From assembly GCA_930980855.1 (NCBI GenBank), contig CAKNIZ010000006.1, positions 2,189 through 66,188 of the forward strand: a DNA stretch of 64,000 nt. Reading direction: 5' to 3'. Positions 1 to 8,178 of the stretch are shown piece after piece. A model generated the notes under the pieces. The model searched no databases. It had not been told where the DNA came from and saw only the letters and a list, made by a program, of their open reading frames with translations. This stretch comes from an uncultured Clostridium sp. GTDB taxonomy: Bacteria; Bacillota; Clostridia; TANB77; CAG-508. Position numbers and translations under genes: made by a program. Every line of letters starts with the position of its first letter. Positions within the stretch are counted from its first letter, which is position 1.

Positions 1-429
1 GAGTACATCTAAATAAGTTGTATCTCCATTTTTATATATTGCTACCAGTCTATCCTGCAATAATTTCATTTTTTTGTCATATTCTGATTGAGCAATTGCT
101 AATTCCTCTTCTGATTTTTTTACCTTTTCTTGCAATTCTTGATATGTTGCATTTACCTCATCTAATTGTTTTTGATATTCTTGTATTCTATCATCTAACT
201 TTTGTATTTGAATTACTGCATCACTTAGTTCTCCTTGAACATAAGTTAATTGTTCTTCAGCTTTTTCTAATTCTTGTTCTACTTGTTCTTTTTGTTCGTT
301 TAAAGATAATGTATTTACCGTATCATTAGAAATGGTATTGTCTTCTGCCATAACAAAGTGGAGGCTAGAAGATAATATAAGAATAGCTACAATTAGCAGT
401 ATAACAGTAGAAACTATCTTATTTTTCAT
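1..429 (-). CDS. coiled-coil secreted protein, N-terminal part only (3' end lies beyond the window); paralog of the M23 peptidase at 452-1624
   Basis: ATG at 427-429 gives MKNKIVSTVILLIVAILILSSS (signal/TM) and stays open to position 1. The Q/E/K-rich coiled coil ends in LQDRLVAIYKNGDTTYLDVL, matching KDRLVAMYKNGGTSYLDVLL in the neighbour. Absent from the ORF track because it runs off the edge. Confidence 0.7.
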   Translation of the reverse strand, partial: MKNKIVSTVILLIVAILILSSSLHFVMAEDNTISNDTVNTLSLNEQKEQVEQELEKAEEQLTYVQGELSDAVIQIQKLDDRIQEYQKQLDEVNATYQELQEKVKKSEEELAIAQSEYDKKMKLLQDRLVAIYKNGDTTYLDVL

Positions 430-451
430 TATCTTTTTGCCTCCTTAAATA

Positions 452-1624
452 TTAACTATATATTAAACTTGGATGATTTGTATGTAATAATGGGTCAACT
501 CTATTTGCTTTTCCTCTTCCACCTATATATACTTCATAATGTAAATGTGGTCCTGTTGAGATTCCTGTATTTCCTGATGTAGCAATTTGTTGTCCTGTTG
601 AAACTACTGTTCCTACACTTACATTAAATCTAGATAAATGTCCAAAAGCTGTATAGTATCCGCCACCATGGTCAATCATTATGTAGTTTCCATAACCTGA
701 TACATAGCCAGCTAAAATTACTTTACCATTTGCTGGTGCATAAACAGGTACATAACTTACACCTATATCTATTGCTCCGTGGTTTGTTGAAGCTCCTGCT
801 GTTGGAGCAGTTCTGTTTCCAAATATGGAAGTTATTCTATTATAACTGTATGATAAAGGCCATTCAAATCTTCCTCCATCAAAGCTTCCTTCATATCCTC
901 CACCTGAATTAATAACATTATCTGTGCTATTTCTGATTTCTTCTTGAGCTTTTTCTATTGCAGCTTCGAATTCTGCAATTGTTTGTTGTAATTTTTTCTC
1001 TTCTTCTGACAAATTATTAATTGTGTTTTGTTTTGATACTTGAGCTGCCTTTAATTGTGCGTTTTTTGCATCTTTTTCTTTTTTTACATTCTCTACTTCT
1101 ACTTTTGAACTTTCTAGTTCTGCTTTTTCTGTTTCTATAGTAGCCTTTTGTTCAGACACTTCGTTTATAAGCTGTGTATCTTTTTCTGCTATTGTTTTTA
1201 CTGCATTATATTTTGTAAACATCTCTACATAGTTACTTGAACCAAGCAATACATCTAAATAAGATGTTCCGCCATTTTTGTACATAGCAACAAGTCTATC
1301 TTTTAATAATTCTTCTTTTCTTTCTAATTCTGCTTGTTTTTCTTCTATATCTTTTTGTTTCTGGTCTATTGATGTATTTAGAGTATTTAATTGATTATCA
1401 AGAGAGGCTATTTCAGATTGAATATCTGATATTTGAGCATTTATTTGGTCTAATTCATCAGATGCTGTTTCTTTTTTATCTTGAACTCCTTCTAATTCGT
1501 TTTGGGCATTTTCTTTTTGTTCATTTAATTCATCTATGTCAGATTGTGTTGCACCTATACTTATACTAGTATATGCCAGAAGTACTCCTATTATAGCAAA
1601 AATTGTTACTACTTTTTTTAACAT
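452..1624 (-). CDS. M23/LytM family metallopeptidase with N-terminal coiled coil (EnvC/PcsB-like FtsEX partner candidate)
   Basis: Signal/TM, long coiled coil, C-terminal M23 motifs (HGAIDIG ... GNTGISTGPHLHYEV). Lies immediately downstream of ftsEX. Confidence 0.9.
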   Translation of the reverse strand: MLKKVVTIFAIIGVLLAYTSISIGATQSDIDELNEQKENAQNELEGVQDKKETASDELDQINAQISDIQSEIASLDNQLNTLNTSIDQKQKDIEEKQAELERKEELLKDRLVAMYKNGGTSYLDVLLGSSNYVEMFTKYNAVKTIAEKDTQLINEVSEQKATIETEKAELESSKVEVENVKKEKDAKNAQLKAAQVSKQNTINNLSEEEKKLQQTIAEFEAAIEKAQEEIRNSTDNVINSGGGYEGSFDGGRFEWPLSYSYNRITSIFGNRTAPTAGASTNHGAIDIGVSYVPVYAPANGKVILAGYVSGYGNYIMIDHGGGYYTAFGHLSRFNVSVGTVVSTGQQIATSGNTGISTGPHLHYEVYIGGRGKANRVDPLLHTNHPSLIYS

Positions 1625-1643
1625 ATAATTACCTCCACTTTTA

Positions 1644-2552
1644 TTAAACTTTCAAATACTTTCTCATTGAAATAACACTTCCTAATATACCTATTCCAAT
1701 TCCTAATACTAAGTAAACTGTTAGTACTAAGAAGAACATTTCTGAGAAACTTAATAGTCCAATTCCTATTGATTGTATTAATACTGATTCTCCTATTCCT
1801 CCCATAACTGCATTATAGCTTAGTCCTAAAATTATTAAAGTAATAATTGCAGATATAAGTCCTATAATTATACCTTCTACTATGAATGGTCCTCTTATAA
1901 AACCATTTGTTGCACCAACATATTTCATTATTGATATTTCTCTTCTTCTTGCATGTACTGTTAATTTTATTGTATAAGAGATAATAAAGATTGATATTAT
2001 AATTAATAAAGCTAATATTATAACTGTCATAATTTGAATGCCATTTGCTAATTCTTGTAATCTATTAATTGTATTATTTTCACTCGCTATTTCATCAACA
2101 TTATCTAAAGCATATATTTTTTCTTGTACTTGTTCATTAAGTGATAAATCTGTTAATGTTACAAAGTATGATGCTGGGAATGGATTTTCTTCATCCCATC
2201 CTTCTAGTAAGCCTTGGTTATCATCAAATACTTCTTTTACTGAATTTAGAGCATCCTCTTTACTTACAAACGTTACTTTATTTACTCCATCTATATTTCT
2301 TATTTCGTTTCCTAGTGTTTCTATATCTGTCTCTGTTGCCTCTTCATCTATAAATATTTGTATTCCTTGTTGCTCTTCTATTTGTTGTATAACACTGTTT
2401 ACATTTTCACCTATTACAAAGAAAAGTCCGAATATAAACATTGTTGCGCACATTATTATTATGGAAGCACTAGTCATTTTCTTTTGTTTAAATGTGCTTT
2501 TAAAACCTTCTCCTATTAAATAACTAATTACATTATACCTCATCATATCCAC
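1644..2552 (-). CDS. ftsX: cell division ABC transporter permease FtsX
   Basis: 4-TM FtsX topology with a large extracytoplasmic loop after TM1. Overlaps the ftsE stop, and the order ftsE-ftsX-peptidase is conserved. Confidence 0.9.
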   Translation of the reverse strand: MDMMRYNVISYLIGEGFKSTFKQKKMTSASIIIMCATMFIFGLFFVIGENVNSVIQQIEEQQGIQIFIDEEATETDIETLGNEIRNIDGVNKVTFVSKEDALNSVKEVFDDNQGLLEGWDEENPFPASYFVTLTDLSLNEQVQEKIYALDNVDEIASENNTINRLQELANGIQIMTVIILALLIIISIFIISYTIKLTVHARRREISIMKYVGATNGFIRGPFIVEGIIIGLISAIITLIILGLSYNAVMGGIGESVLIQSIGIGLLSFSEMFFLVLTVYLVLGIGIGILGSVISMRKYLKV

Positions 2553-3213
2553 CTTTTTCGTCTCTTACAATATTTCCTTGATCTATTCTTATAACTCTTT
2601 TATTCATTTTGTCTACTATATCTTTCGCATGAGTTGCAACAACTACTGTTGTACCCCTTAAATTAATATCATTTAATAGTTCCATAATATCCCATGCTGT
2701 ATTTGGATCCAAGTTACCTGTTGGTTCGTCTGCAATTAGCATTGATGGGTTATTTACTATAGCTCTAGCTAAAGCAACTCTCTGTTGTTCTCCACCAGAT
2801 AATTCATTTGGATATACTTTTGCTTTATTACTTAATCCAACTAGAGATAATACCATTGGTACTTGTCTTCTTATATGTTTTGGTGTTGCTTTTACAACAT
2901 ACATCGCAAATGCAACATTTTCATATACTGTTTTATCTGGTAATAATCTAAAGTCTTGGAACACTATTCCCATACTTCTTCTTAAGAATGGAACTCTACT
3001 AGGTTTTAAGAATGTAGTATCTTTTCCGTTTATAATTATATTTCCTGATGTAGGTTCTTCTTCTTTTAATATTAGTTTTATTATAGTTGACTTTCCTGAG
3101 CCTGAACTTCCTACTAGGAATGCAAATTCTCCTTTGTTTATTTTAAAATTAACATTATGTATTGCTTCTGTTCCCGTATCATATTTTTTACTAACATTTC
3201 TAAATTCTATCAT
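2533..3213 (-). CDS. ftsE: cell division ATP-binding protein FtsE
   Basis: Walker A GSSGSGKST, ABC signature LSGGEQQRV, Walker B LIADEPTGNLD. Length 226 aa. Confidence 0.95.
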   Translation of the reverse strand: MIEFRNVSKKYDTGTEAIHNVNFKINKGEFAFLVGSSGSGKSTIIKLILKEEEPTSGNIIINGKDTTFLKPSRVPFLRRSMGIVFQDFRLLPDKTVYENVAFAMYVVKATPKHIRRQVPMVLSLVGLSNKAKVYPNELSGGEQQRVALARAIVNNPSMLIADEPTGNLDPNTAWDIMELLNDINLRGTTVVVATHAKDIVDKMNKRVIRIDQGNIVRDEKGGYDEV

Positions 3214-3401
3214 CTTAATCGTCCTTTTTAGTATTATAAATCATTGATATCATAACAATAAATTCAAATATTTTCAATAGGTTGCGCTAAAAAAATTGTA
3301 TTATTTTTATCCAATTTAAGAATATTTTGTATATTCTGTTGATTTGTGAAAATTGTGTAAATTTTTTAGTGCTATAATGTTGCAATGTTTTGATGTTATA
3401 A

Positions 3402-3501
3402 AAAAAACTAATATTGATTATTGTTCAAAGCGAGCGAAGGCTTGGAGTGAGCTGTACGGTAACGTCCTCGTACCGGGAACAATAATCAATATTAGTTTTT
3501 T
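3402..3501. repeat. hairpin element copy A: perfect 25-bp AT-rich inverted repeat around a 50-nt GC-rich core
   Basis: 3402-3426 AAAAAACTAATATTGATTATTGTTC is the exact reverse complement of 3477-3501. The core 3427-3476 is about 58% GC and contains GCGAAGGCTTGGAGTGAGC...ACGTCCTCG, which is shared with copy E. Confidence 0.85.
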
Positions 3502-3508
3502 ATTGCAT

Positions 3509-3603
3509 AATATATTTAAATTTTACAGTTTAACACAATTTGAAGCTTGAGAGTTTAAGGAATTTATCAGCGACAGTAAGAAACAAAAAATTAAGTATAT
3601 AAT
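3509..3603. repeat. hairpin element copy B (degenerate, AT-richer relative of copies C and D)
   Basis: TATATTTAAATTTTACAGTT...GCTTGAGAG...CGACAGTAAGAAACAAAAAATTAAGTATATA aligns with copy C (32348-32432). It abuts the pepP-like stop codon. Confidence 0.6.
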
Positions 3604-4665
3604 CTAAATAATTACTATATCCTTAGTTGATTTTGTTAATACTTCTGGTTCATTTCTACCAACTCTAATGGTATCTTCTAGTCTTATTCCATATTTACCA
3701 GGTATATAAATTCCAGGTTCATTTGTAACTACCATATCTTCTTTTAATGATAATTGTGAATTATGGCTCAAAATTGGTAGTTCATGAACACTTAATCCTA
3801 CTCCATGGCCCAAGGCATGAATTAAAGAATAGTTATATAAATAAAACTCATTTTCAACACTTCTAGCAAGCATTTTACAACTAGTTCCTTCTTTTATTTC
3901 TTTAGTAGCTCTTAATTGATTTCTAAGCACAAGTTCATACGTTTCTTTCATTTGTTCATTTACATATCCCGCAAAAATTGTTCTTGTCATATCTGCACAA
4001 TATCCTTTATATTTTGCACCAAAGTCTATAGTAATTGGGTCTCCTTCCCTTATTATTTTATCACTTGGCACAGCATGTGGTTTAGAAGAATTTTCACCAG
4101 AAGCAACAATTGTTTCAAAAGCTTCTCCTTCTGCTCCATTCTCTAAAAAATATTTTTGTATTTCAAGTGCTATTTGCTTTTCTGTCATTCCAATTTTTAT
4201 GAAAGAAGTTATATAATCAAAACATTTATCTGTTATCTCACAGGCTTTTTCAATTTTACTTATTTCATCTTCGTCTTTTACCATTCTCATTTTTTCAATA
4301 ATGCCTTCTGTCTCTTCCATGTTTTTTATTCTATATTTTCGAATTATGTTTTCATACTCTGCAAAGGTTACATAATTTTCTTCAAATCCGACGTTTTCAC
4401 AATTTTGAAAAAAGTTTTGATTGTCTGCATCAGAAATATCTTTGGCATCATATATTACAAACTCATCGTTTATTGTTAAAAATCTGTTTACTTCTTCAAT
4501 ATATCTTGCATCTGTTACAAATATATTTTCTCTATCCGCTATTAAAATTTTCCCTTCTACCGGTATTCCTAGAATATACCTAATATTAATAGGATTAGAT
4601 ATTATTAACCCCTGTATATTTAATAGTTTCATTTTTTCTCTTATACATCTAATTTTATAATTCAT
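3604..4665 (-). CDS. Xaa-Pro aminopeptidase / M24 family metallopeptidase
   Basis: Creatinase-like N-domain plus M24 pita-bread motifs (DFGAKYKGYCADMTRT, HALGHGVGLSVHE, NEPGIY, RLEDT). Confidence 0.9.
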   Translation of the reverse strand: MNYKIRCIREKMKLLNIQGLIISNPINIRYILGIPVEGKILIADRENIFVTDARYIEEVNRFLTINDEFVIYDAKDISDADNQNFFQNCENVGFEENYVTFAEYENIIRKYRIKNMEETEGIIEKMRMVKDEDEISKIEKACEITDKCFDYITSFIKIGMTEKQIALEIQKYFLENGAEGEAFETIVASGENSSKPHAVPSDKIIREGDPITIDFGAKYKGYCADMTRTIFAGYVNEQMKETYELVLRNQLRATKEIKEGTSCKMLARSVENEFYLYNYSLIHALGHGVGLSVHELPILSHNSQLSLKEDMVVTNEPGIYIPGKYGIRLEDTIRVGRNEPEVLTKSTKDIVII

Positions 4666-4684
4666 TTAATCACTATCTTTCTAT

Positions 4685-5419
4685 CTACAATTTATATGTT
4701 CCTAATGTAAATATTTTAAGTAGGGCTATTAACATAATATGTTCAGGTATGAACATTACTAAAAATGTTGCTATAACTATAAATGGTCCAAATGGAATAT
4801 ATTCATTTGATTTTTTCTTTTTACTTACAATTAGAATTATACTAATTATAGCTGCTAATAAGAATGCTAGTATCGAAATTATAACAATGTTGTATGCTCC
4901 AAAAATTATTCCTAGAGCTCCCATTAATTTAACATCACCAAAGCCCATTGCTTCTTTTCCTGCAATAAGTCCACCTAACAATGTGATGATTAAGAATATT
5001 CCTCCTCCAATTGCTAATCCTAATAATTTGTCTATTAATATACTTAATCCTCCAGTTCCTTCAATAAAAGCAAATAATAGACCTATTTCAAATAGTGTTA
5101 AAGTTAATCTATTTGGTATGATTTGCTCTTTATAGTCTATTGCAAATGCTGATACTAACAATGGCGCAACAAGTAAATATTTTATTAATTCTAAATTCCA
5201 CCCACATATAAATAATAGCACAACATATATAATTGCAGTTATATACATGAATTTATAATTTAGTTTCATGTCTTTTATGTATACCTTATAGAAGTCTTTG
5301 CTTAATATTGGTTTGTGATTACTCATTCTTATTGTTGCCCAGTCTAGCAATTGTCCTACTCCCAGCCCTAATAGTCCTATAAAAAAATAATATAATATAT
5401 GAATTTCATTTATGTACAT
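4685..5419 (-). CDS. prepilin (type IV leader) peptidase, A24 family
   Basis: Polytopic membrane protein with the GFGDVKLMGALG motif. Start moved to ATG 5417-5419, behind a GAGGAG RBS. Confidence 0.8.
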   Translation of the reverse strand: MYINEIHILYYFFIGLLGLGVGQLLDWATIRMSNHKPILSKDFYKVYIKDMKLNYKFMYITAIIYVVLLFICGWNLELIKYLLVAPLLVSAFAIDYKEQIIPNRLTLTLFEIGLLFAFIEGTGGLSILIDKLLGLAIGGGIFLIITLLGGLIAGKEAMGFGDVKLMGALGIIFGAYNIVIISILAFLLAAIISIILIVSKKKKSNEYIPFGPFIVIATFLVMFIPEHIMLIALLKIFTLGTYKL

Positions 5420-5438
5420 TTTAATTAATCTCCTCTCA

Positions 5439-5927
5439 CTATTTTGCACTATAATTCTTTAAAATTCTTTTTTCCAATTTTCTTTTTATATTGTTCAATT
5501 TTACTTTTTCTTCACAAATTGGATTTGTTAATATTGAAAACATTTTCATTCTTTTTGCACCTAGGACATCAGTAAATATCTGGTCCCCAACTTCTGCAAT
5601 CTTTTCATTGTTCTGAATATTCATCAATTTTTTTGCTCTTTTAAAACCAATTTTAGTTGGTTTTAGTGCAAAGTACACATAAGGTATATCTAGTATTTTC
5701 GCTATTTTCTCTACTTTACGCTTTTTTATACTATTTGAAATTATGCAAAACTTTATATTGTTTTCTTTCAGCTTTTGAATCCATTCTTGTAATCCTTCAA
5801 GTGGATTCCTATCTAAGTCTATAAGTGTGTTATCTGAATCTAAAAACATATATTCTATATTGTTCTTTTTTAACATTTTTATTGTTATATCTGTAATTTT
5901 ATTCACATGTTCATCTGGTAAAAGCAT
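5439..5927 (-). CDS. YqeG-family HAD-IIIA phosphatase
   Basis: HAD motif I FLDSDNTL, size 162 aa, N-terminus typical of the YqeG family. Confidence 0.8.
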   Translation of the reverse strand: MLLPDEHVNKITDITIKMLKKNNIEYMFLDSDNTLIDLDRNPLEGLQEWIQKLKENNIKFCIISNSIKKRKVEKIAKILDIPYVYFALKPTKIGFKRAKKLMNIQNNEKIAEVGDQIFTDVLGAKRMKMFSILTNPICEEKVKLNNIKRKLEKRILKNYSAK

Positions 5928-5964
5928 TTGTATTTTTCTCCTTAAATTATATCCATATTATATT

Positions 5965-6004
5965 TATAAAAAATATATATGTCAAGGATTATTCCTTGAC
6001 ATAT
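5965..6004 (-). terminator. Rho-independent terminator downstream of tex
   Basis: 12-bp stem ATATGTCAAGGA/TCCTTGACATAT (5977-6004), followed on the minus strand by a U-run. Confidence 0.8.
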
Positions 6005-6005
6005 T

Positions 6006-8159
6006 TTAACCAATATTTTTCATTGATAGCTTCACTTTTTGTCTTTCCTTGTCGATGCCTATGACTCTAACTTTTACAATATCTCCAATAGATACTATAT
6101 CACTTGGTTTCTTTACAAATTTATCACTTAATTCAGAAATATGTACTAGTCCATCATGTTTTACGCCAATATCTACAAACGCTCCAAAATCAGTTATATT
6201 TCTTACAGTTCCTGTTAATACCATTTCTTCTTGTAAGTCCTCAAATTTTAGGACATCATTTCTAAGTATTGGTTTTGGCATATCTTCTCTTGGGTCTCTT
6301 CCTGGCTTTGAAAGTTCTTTGATTATATCTTCTAAAGTCATCTCTCCAATATCTAGTTCTTTTGAAAGTTCTTTTACTTTTACTCCACTTAATTTCTTTC
6401 TTATCTCTTCTAATTTATCTTTTTCTAATAAATCTTCTTTTTTGTATCCAATTTTATTTAATAGTTTTTCAGCTGCTTCATAACTTTCTGGATGGACTGC
6501 CGTAATTTCTAATGGATTTTTTCCGCCTGGTATTCTGATGAATCCCGCACACTGTTCATAAGCTACATTTCCTAATTTAGGTACTTTTAAAAGTTCTTTT
6601 CTTTCTTTTAGTTTACCATTTTCATCTCTATATTTTACAATATTTTTTGCTATTGTTTTATTTATTCCAGAAACATATGAAAGGAGTGATGCTGTTGCTG
6701 TGTTTACGTCAACACCTACTGTATTTACTGCATCTTCTACCACTCCTGTTAGACTTTCAGATAATTTCTTTTGGTCAACATCATGTTGATATTGTCCAAT
6801 TCCTATTGCTTTTGGGTCTATTTTCACAAATTCAGCAAGTGGGTCTTGTAATCTTCTTGCTATTGAAATTGCTCCTCTTAATGAAACATTTAAGTCAGGA
6901 TATTCTTCTGTTGCAAGTTTAGAAGCAGAATATACAGAAGCTCCCGCTTCACTAACTATTGTATAATATACGTCTTTATTAAATTGTTCTTTCACTTTTT
7001 TCAAAGTATTAGAAACAAAGATTTCAGACTCTCTTGATGCTGTTCCATTACCTATTGCTATCATCTGTATATTATCTTTTGCAATAAGTCTAATAAGCTC
7101 TTTTTCTGCTCCTTCTATATCATTTTGTGGCTCTGTTGGATAAACTACTCCTGTATCTAATACTTTTCCAGTCTCGTCTATAACAGCTAATTTGCATCCT
7201 GTTCTATATGCTGGGTCAAAACCTAATACTGTCAAACCTTTTAAAGGTGCTCCTAGTAACAATTGTTTTGCATTTTTTCCAAATACTTCAATCGCCTGTT
7301 TATCTGCTTTTTCAGTCAAGTCAGACCTAATCTCCCTATCTAAAGATGGCTCAATAAGTCTTTTAAAACTATCTTCGATTGTTTCAAGAAGTATTTTTTC
7401 ATATCTAGGATTTTTAATCACTCTTTTTGCTATTAAACCTATAATTTTATCTGCAGGTTTTTCTAAAGATACTTTTAGAAATTCTTCGTTTTCTCCTCTA
7501 TTTATTGCTAAAATTCTATGGCTAGGGATAGTGCTAATTTTTTCACTATAGTCGTTATACATACTATATGTAGGATTTTCTTCCTTAGCATTTTTAGTAT
7601 GTATAATTCCTTCTCTATAGTAAATTTTCTTTATTTGCTTTCTATATTCTGCATCATCAGAAATATCTTCTGCAATAATATCTTTTGCACCACCAATAGC
7701 TTCTTCTACAGTTTTTACTTCATCATTAATGAATTCTTTTGCAATTTCTTCAAGTGGTTTAGTTTCCTTTTGCTCTTTAATAATTTGAGCTAGTGGTTCT
7801 AAACCTTTCGCTTTGGCAACTGTTGCTCTTGTCTTTTTCTTTTGCTTGTATGGCCTATATATATCCTCTACTTCTGTTAGAGTTTGCGCTATTTCCAGAT
7901 TTTTTACAATTTCATCTGTTAGCTTTCCTTGATTTTCTATTGAGGTTTTTACTTCTTCTTTTCTTTCTTCAAGGTTTCTTAAATATTTTAATCTTTCGTC
8001 TAAGTTTCTTAAAACTTCGTCACTTAGTCCTCCAGTTACTTCTTTTCTATATCTTGCAATAAATGGAATTGTATTACCACTATCTATAAGTTCAATAGTT
8101 TTTTCCACTTGATTTTCTTTAACATTTAATTCATTTGCAATAATTTCTACAATATTCAT
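6006..8159 (-). CDS. tex: Tex-like transcription accessory protein (S1 RNA-binding domain protein)
   Basis: 717 aa. Tex N-terminal/HTH, YqgF-like and HhH regions, plus a C-terminal S1 domain (GTVRNITDFGAFVDIG...HISEL). Confidence 0.95.
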   Translation of the reverse strand: MNIVEIIANELNVKENQVEKTIELIDSGNTIPFIARYRKEVTGGLSDEVLRNLDERLKYLRNLEERKEEVKTSIENQGKLTDEIVKNLEIAQTLTEVEDIYRPYKQKKKTRATVAKAKGLEPLAQIIKEQKETKPLEEIAKEFINDEVKTVEEAIGGAKDIIAEDISDDAEYRKQIKKIYYREGIIHTKNAKEENPTYSMYNDYSEKISTIPSHRILAINRGENEEFLKVSLEKPADKIIGLIAKRVIKNPRYEKILLETIEDSFKRLIEPSLDREIRSDLTEKADKQAIEVFGKNAKQLLLGAPLKGLTVLGFDPAYRTGCKLAVIDETGKVLDTGVVYPTEPQNDIEGAEKELIRLIAKDNIQMIAIGNGTASRESEIFVSNTLKKVKEQFNKDVYYTIVSEAGASVYSASKLATEEYPDLNVSLRGAISIARRLQDPLAEFVKIDPKAIGIGQYQHDVDQKKLSESLTGVVEDAVNTVGVDVNTATASLLSYVSGINKTIAKNIVKYRDENGKLKERKELLKVPKLGNVAYEQCAGFIRIPGGKNPLEITAVHPESYEAAEKLLNKIGYKKEDLLEKDKLEEIRKKLSGVKVKELSKELDIGEMTLEDIIKELSKPGRDPREDMPKPILRNDVLKFEDLQEEMVLTGTVRNITDFGAFVDIGVKHDGLVHISELSDKFVKKPSDIVSIGDIVKVRVIGIDKERQKVKLSMKNIG

Positions 8160-8178
8160 TTGATTTTTCCTCTCAATT

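Noticed and set aside
18-329. Plus-strand ORFs from the track that lie antisense to minus-strand genes. Examples: 18-329, 2038-2523, 4749-5135, 6049-6483, 12330-13118, 34474-35037, 42393-43055, 51432-52043. The same applies to nested same-strand ORFs (9077-9265, 26743-26928, 43320-43508) and the minus-strand ORF 17222-17407 antisense to the plus-strand DUF4143 gene.
   Set aside because: Their translations are low-complexity L/F/I/S-rich, they have no RBS, and they fully overlap well-supported conserved genes. This is typical shadow-frame behaviour in AT-rich DNA.
3427-3476. GC-rich cores of the hairpin elements as tRNA or rRNA fragments, or as a group II intron domain V (copy A has GAGCTGTACGG...CGTACCGGGAAC, reminiscent of the AGC-triad stem).
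   Set aside because: No cloverleaf or T-loop is present. The upper stem and GNRA loop of domain V are absent. No intron ORF or other intron domains are nearby, and the other copies do not keep the pattern.
3353-3550. 65-aa plus-strand ORF in the ftsE-pepP spacer.
   Set aside because: It reads straight through hairpin elements A and B. There is no RBS, and its composition is dictated by the repeats.
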